From Dipteris shenzhenensis (lineage: Eukaryota), in NCBI GenBank assembly GCA_047967505.1, contig CM106538.1: a stretch of 64,000 bases of DNA. One strand, written 5' to 3'. Made by a program: the position numbers and the translations under genes. The notes under the pieces were generated by a model, which had not been told where the DNA came from, made no database searches, and was given only the letters and a program-made list of their open reading frames with translations. Numbering within the stretch: the first letter of the stretch is position 1; the number at the start of each line of letters is the position of its first letter. Positions 60,601 to 64,000 of the stretch are shown here, in pieces.

Positions 60601-62301
60601 ACTCTGGCAGGTATTCTTCTCCAGCAAGGGGAGGATCGGTTCATGTATCCCGTTCGATTTGCTTCTCGACAATTGCTCGACACCGAGCGATGCTATTCAG
60701 AGGCCGACAAGCATGCCTTGTCTTTGGTGTTTTGCATTGAGAAATTTAAGCATTATGTGGCTGGAAGGTCCTTCTTTATACTCACTGACACTGGTCTTGC
60801 AAAGCAGGTTCTTCAATCACCAAATCCCATGGGCCGGTTGGCCAAATGGTTGGCGGTTCTACAAGAATATGATTTTTCTTTCAAAATTGTAAAAGGGGGT
60901 TGTTCCAACTTGAAGAATGCTTTGATTGATTTAGAGGAGTGCCTTGATGTAACCCTGGTAGCAGCCATAGAAGTTGGGGATCCTTGGTATGGTGGTATAT
61001 ATAAGTTTTTGACCGCTTTCTCCTTTCCTTCAGAAAGTACAAGCTATGAGAGAAAGAAGATCCGCAGAGATAGTAGGCGCTACACCCTCCTTGATGGGGT
61101 GTTGTACCGTCAAGGCATGGATGGGGTACTCAGACGGGCCATTGATGCAGATGAAGTGCCTAAGGTATTGAAGCATTATCATGATGGGTTTTGTGGAGGC
61201 CACTATGCCAGTGACTATACAGCTAAGAAGATTTTACATGCTGGATACTATTGGCCGACATTGTTCAAGGATGTCACTTTGTATTGCAAAACCTGTGAAC
61301 CATGTCAATTCTTTGGTAGGAAGGATTTGCGTCCCGGGCAACATCACCCAGTGATGTCCATCCATCCGTTTCAGAAGTGGGGAATAGATTTTGTCGGGCC
61401 CTTGCCCATGACTGCCCGCAAAAAGAAGTATCTTTTGGTAGCCACTCAGTATGTCACTAAGTGGGCTGAAGCTATCGCTCTCTCTGCTGCAAATGGCAAG
61501 GCAGTTTCAAGTTTCATATTCGAACGTATCTGCACAAGGTTTGGGACACCCATGGAGATAGTCTCTGACCATGGGAGTCCATTCTTAAATGAAGCAGTGG
61601 AGTTACTCATGGATCGCATGGGCATTGATCATCACACTTCTAGCATCTATTATCCAGCATCCATGGGTCAAACAGAGTGGACCAATGGCCTCCTCTGTAA
61701 AACCATAGGAAAAATGGCCGCAGGAAATAGGAGCCAATGGGATCAGAAGGTCACTGAAGCAGTGTGGGCTTACAACATCACTCATAAAACATCTACAGGT
61801 CACACCCCTTTTGAGTTGGTGTATGGTACTGAGGCAGTTTTACCACTTGAGATAGAGATTCCAGCCTTGAGATTGGCGCAAGAACAGAGGATGACAGAAG
61901 ATGAACATGTAGAGGCCAGATTGGTACAACTTGAGAAGTTAGATGAGACCCGACGCCTTGCACTACATCAAACAGAGATCCAAAAGAATCGACAAAAGGC
62001 CCGATTGGATGCTAAGATTCGCAAGGGATGGGTAAGACACTTTGCTGAGGGGGATGTTGTGCTATGCTTTGATAACAGATTGGACCACCAAATGGATAAG
62101 AAGTTTCTGCCACTGTGGGCTGGTCCATACAAAGTCATCAAAGAACGTAGCAATGGTTCTGTACAAGTTCAGGAGCTGCATGAACCATATGGCAAGAAGG
62201 TGATCAACAAGCGCTACCTCAAGCCTTTCTTTGTGCGTGATGGTCCCAGGCATGGAAATGCGGTGCATTCCCTGCCTGGGGGGGGGAACTGTTATGGATA
62301 A
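57613..62301 (+). CDS. Gag-Pol polyprotein, 1562 aa (Gag, CCHC, PR, RT, degenerate RH, INT)
   Basis: Gag (FCGRVEENPNEYL...LEGLAQVWYE), Pro-rich linker, CYECHQKGHYRTEC. PR: VDGGAACN. RT: MPFGLTNAPATFQR, FLDDF. INT: H..H..CxxC, GIDF, SDHG, GQTE; C-terminal WAGPY. Single uninterrupted frame. Confidence 0.95.
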   Translation: MADIPVFCGRVEENPNEYLVAFKRHCVSLNFLTEDRWLLVLPTFLEGLAQVWYEKQTEDVRQSWPRLTAAMIEYFGKEEEPENVYLQVANLKQSEGETARRYVDRAAVLLDRLIATQEDNAGFRAGMTQHVLGYLVAGASDEFRLKLKWENPETMVLAHEISQKFDKVQSDPASKKTIVPPHPPPFLQQQPGGSNSGAYPHPSGMYPPPPPQMYGPPLAAYPQQGGYPHPPPRRFPQPRPRAPLLSTPVAPPTKEAPPATEPGVNDLAKALNDLRLEMVGIRNQANRPPRDRANVVCYECHQKGHYRTECPNIPRVNLLSESGTEDSDVEILDLRKRTRATSDPSLNRGLGRPRKKVSFSEPSDAEMADPPTEKTKRSRRSKWSPSDFPIGSGQEDYSVVQDLAHRSLSITLPQLIALSPKVRRELQQGLSTRKSKKKGKVREVSSISEEIDRHPHTVDVIIDNCRVKNVCVDGGAACNIMVPRIMKKLNLKCTRRSSTRIKVADGRRLATMGVIEDLPITVNGLTTTVNFYVVDIEDTGRSYPAILGRPWLRKSDAVSYWKTGHMSFGASKEKIPVQPGAMEPEEEEEHDSDTLSSSVSESMEESDGGEEFTEEEVYMMGVSPTLPPVEKITASPQQLESMLSPDLTPGEKDEFLEMFKDFPDLFATSYHHLRHVTAIEHKIELKPDAKPVAQKYRRLGPLQTDALRSELQKLVEAGFIVPVHNTEWVSPVVVIPKKNNKWQVCIDYKKLNAATKRDHHPLPFQDLILEKVSGHEMYTFCGGYSGFYQIRIAEEDVLKTTFATPWGTFAFKVMPFGLTNAPATFQRFMQMVFAPYLGDFLEVFLDDFCIFSSRKEHIMKVRLAFQRVNDANGSLNPEKCTIGATQGRLLGHVVSSEGIKPDPEKVEAILKLSPPTTKRQVRSFVNLAGYYRRFIDQYAALTRPMTMLLKDGVDFSWNEDCDHGFAQIKNALASEPILRNPDWSKTFYINPGFGEHTLAGILLQQGEDRFMYPVRFASRQLLDTERCYSEADKHALSLVFCIEKFKHYVAGRSFFILTDTGLAKQVLQSPNPMGRLAKWLAVLQEYDFSFKIVKGGCSNLKNALIDLEECLDVTLVAAIEVGDPWYGGIYKFLTAFSFPSESTSYERKKIRRDSRRYTLLDGVLYRQGMDGVLRRAIDADEVPKVLKHYHDGFCGGHYASDYTAKKILHAGYYWPTLFKDVTLYCKTCEPCQFFGRKDLRPGQHHPVMSIHPFQKWGIDFVGPLPMTARKKKYLLVATQYVTKWAEAIALSAANGKAVSSFIFERICTRFGTPMEIVSDHGSPFLNEAVELLMDRMGIDHHTSSIYYPASMGQTEWTNGLLCKTIGKMAAGNRSQWDQKVTEAVWAYNITHKTSTGHTPFELVYGTEAVLPLEIEIPALRLAQEQRMTEDEHVEARLVQLEKLDETRRLALHQTEIQKNRQKARLDAKIRKGWVRHFAEGDVVLCFDNRLDHQMDKKFLPLWAGPYKVIKERSNGSVQVQELHEPYGKKVINKRYLKPFFVRDGPRHGNAVHSLPGGGNCYG

Positions 62302-63279
62302 AATTGTCTAAGGAAAAAGGCATTAATGTGTATGTGTGTTTGTATATGTGGCAATAGTATAATCAAATATGGTGTGCATAGGGCCCAAGGTTGAGGTGGC
62401 AAGGCATGACCATGTGCCACCCTTCCATGTAAGAGGACCCATAAGGTGTGTTGTACATAATCCATAATAGTAATATTATAAAATGCAAGGTGGCATGGCT
62501 CCTCCATGTGCCACCCCTCCACCTAGGATGCAATAATTGAGATAAGGCTCAAAGTCCAAGGGAGAAGCAATATAAAATGGGTGGAGATGGCTATTATATT
62601 GAGTTATTCCCTCCATATGGGATAGGCCCATGTGGGGGAGGTATAGAAGGACAAAGAGAGCTAGTTAAATAATAGGGAAAGTAGGACGAGGTGGCAAGAT
62701 TCCTTGTGCCAACCCTCCACTTGTCCTCCTAGAGGTTTGGACCTATTATAAAATTGGAAGAGACCTAGGAAGTATCATAGACTTGAGATAAGGGGCTTGA
62801 TTTATGCGGAAAATTGAGGCAAAGGGTTGTCGCATACAATTGAGAGTGCGTACCCACCTAGCCCACATGGGAGACTTTTCCACACACACCATGCATGTGG
62901 GAGGATACATTAATGTGGAGAGACCCCCTCTTTTGGCTATAAAAGGAAGGGGCAATTCCTTGATGGGACACGCTCATTCTTGTAAAGCCACCTAGCTAGT
63001 ATTTTGATATTTCCCTCTCATCCCTCCTTTCCAATAAAGTATGGTTCACTTCCCTTGATGTCTACATCTCAACATTCCTCTTCCTATCATGTACTTGCTT
63101 CTCTTCCCACACTCCCTTTCCCCTTGTGTCATAGTCTCCCTTTTCCTTCCCTCCATTTCTAATTCCTTATTCACCCCTATGACATCCCTTCGCCCTCGTG
63201 ATCTCCTTTTCTCTATGGCCTTTGAGCGTCGCCATACTTAGTCTCTAGCTTTTGGTCTCGGTTTCTTTTCCGGCTAAAA
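62290..63279 (+). repeat. 3' LTR
   Basis: Direct repeat of 54350-55339, preceded by a G-run PPT. Confidence 0.95.
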
Positions 63280-64000
63280 ATACACATTCCTATGTGTTGA
63301 AGTTTTCTTCCATGCCGTGGAAAGGGTTATCCTTTATAATAATCTCAAAATCCATCTGGCAGGCTTGGGCAATCATTGCCAGTGTATAATCCTCCCTCAA
63401 GTCAAATATTTCTTGAATGTCATGAAGAAGAATATACTCCATACCTCCAATTTGGAAAGAGGAAATCAATAGCACATCATGGGCTACACCTTTCAATGTC
63501 AGGGCTTCAATACTTACTAGTCGGTCAAGTGTGTTTGACGTTAGTGCCACAAGGTCCAATGCAGCAGCTTCATCTCTCTCCTTGACTACATTTCTCACCT
63601 CCTCTTCATCCTTCTTCTCTGCTACTTTCCCCTCCTCTTGGAGTTTCTCTTTATTTTATTGTTTTGGCGATCCCAAGGCCTCTCTTCCACTTCCTCCTCC
63701 TCTTTCATCTCCAAGTATTGTTCAATGTCAATGTGGTGATAGTTTAGGTACAGTAAAAATAACAAACATTCCTCCATAATTTTACACTTTCTAGTGTGCA
63801 TGTTCCACTTTGCCTTAACATTCTCTGCTAAGAGGTCATATCTTTTGTGAATGAAAGACCTCAACTTGTTATCCATCACACCAAATCCTTAATGTGGATA
63901 TAATACTTATCTACAGTACAAACCCTACCCTCCCCTATGAGCTTTTGAAACACATTGCACTATTCAGTCAGAATTTCAATGTCTTGATCAATGAAATCTG

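Larger units (their letters stand above)
54350..63279 (+). mobile_element. Young full-length Ty3/gypsy (non-chromovirus) with an accessory ORF cassette including aRH upstream of gag
   Basis: 990-bp LTRs at 54350-55339 and 62290-63279 (three differences seen by eye). ATAC on both flanks. tRNA-His PBS at 55344; PPT at ~62278-62288; open gag-pol. Confidence 0.96.

Overview
This is a repeat-rich land-plant nuclear window; the TE families resemble those of ferns or other non-seed plants, which is an inference. The only clear host sequence is the terminal coding exon of a SKIP35-like ankyrin-repeat gene (13513-14316). Its upstream intron appears to hold a LINE split by a full-length, decayed chromoviral Ty3/gypsy (2896-10245) and a solo LTR. 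The middle of the window is decayed TE sequence: an internally deleted Ty1/copia (25183-~29550), gag and LINE remnants, hairpins, and inverted AT-rich arrays. The most notable feature is a very young Ty3/gypsy element (54350-63279) with 990-bp near-identical LTRs, a tRNA-His primer site and an open 1562-aa gag-pol whose own RNase H is degenerate. Between its PBS and gag is a chain of small ORFs linked by stop/start overlaps (TAATG, TGATG, ATGA). The chain includes a stand-alone, catalytically intact archaeal-type RNase H (aRH), an F-box-like ORF, a CCHC zinc-knuckle ORF and a coiled-coil/transmembrane ORF, so it looks like a polycistronic accessory cassette upstream of gag. All calls come from reading the sequence by eye; no database searches were run.
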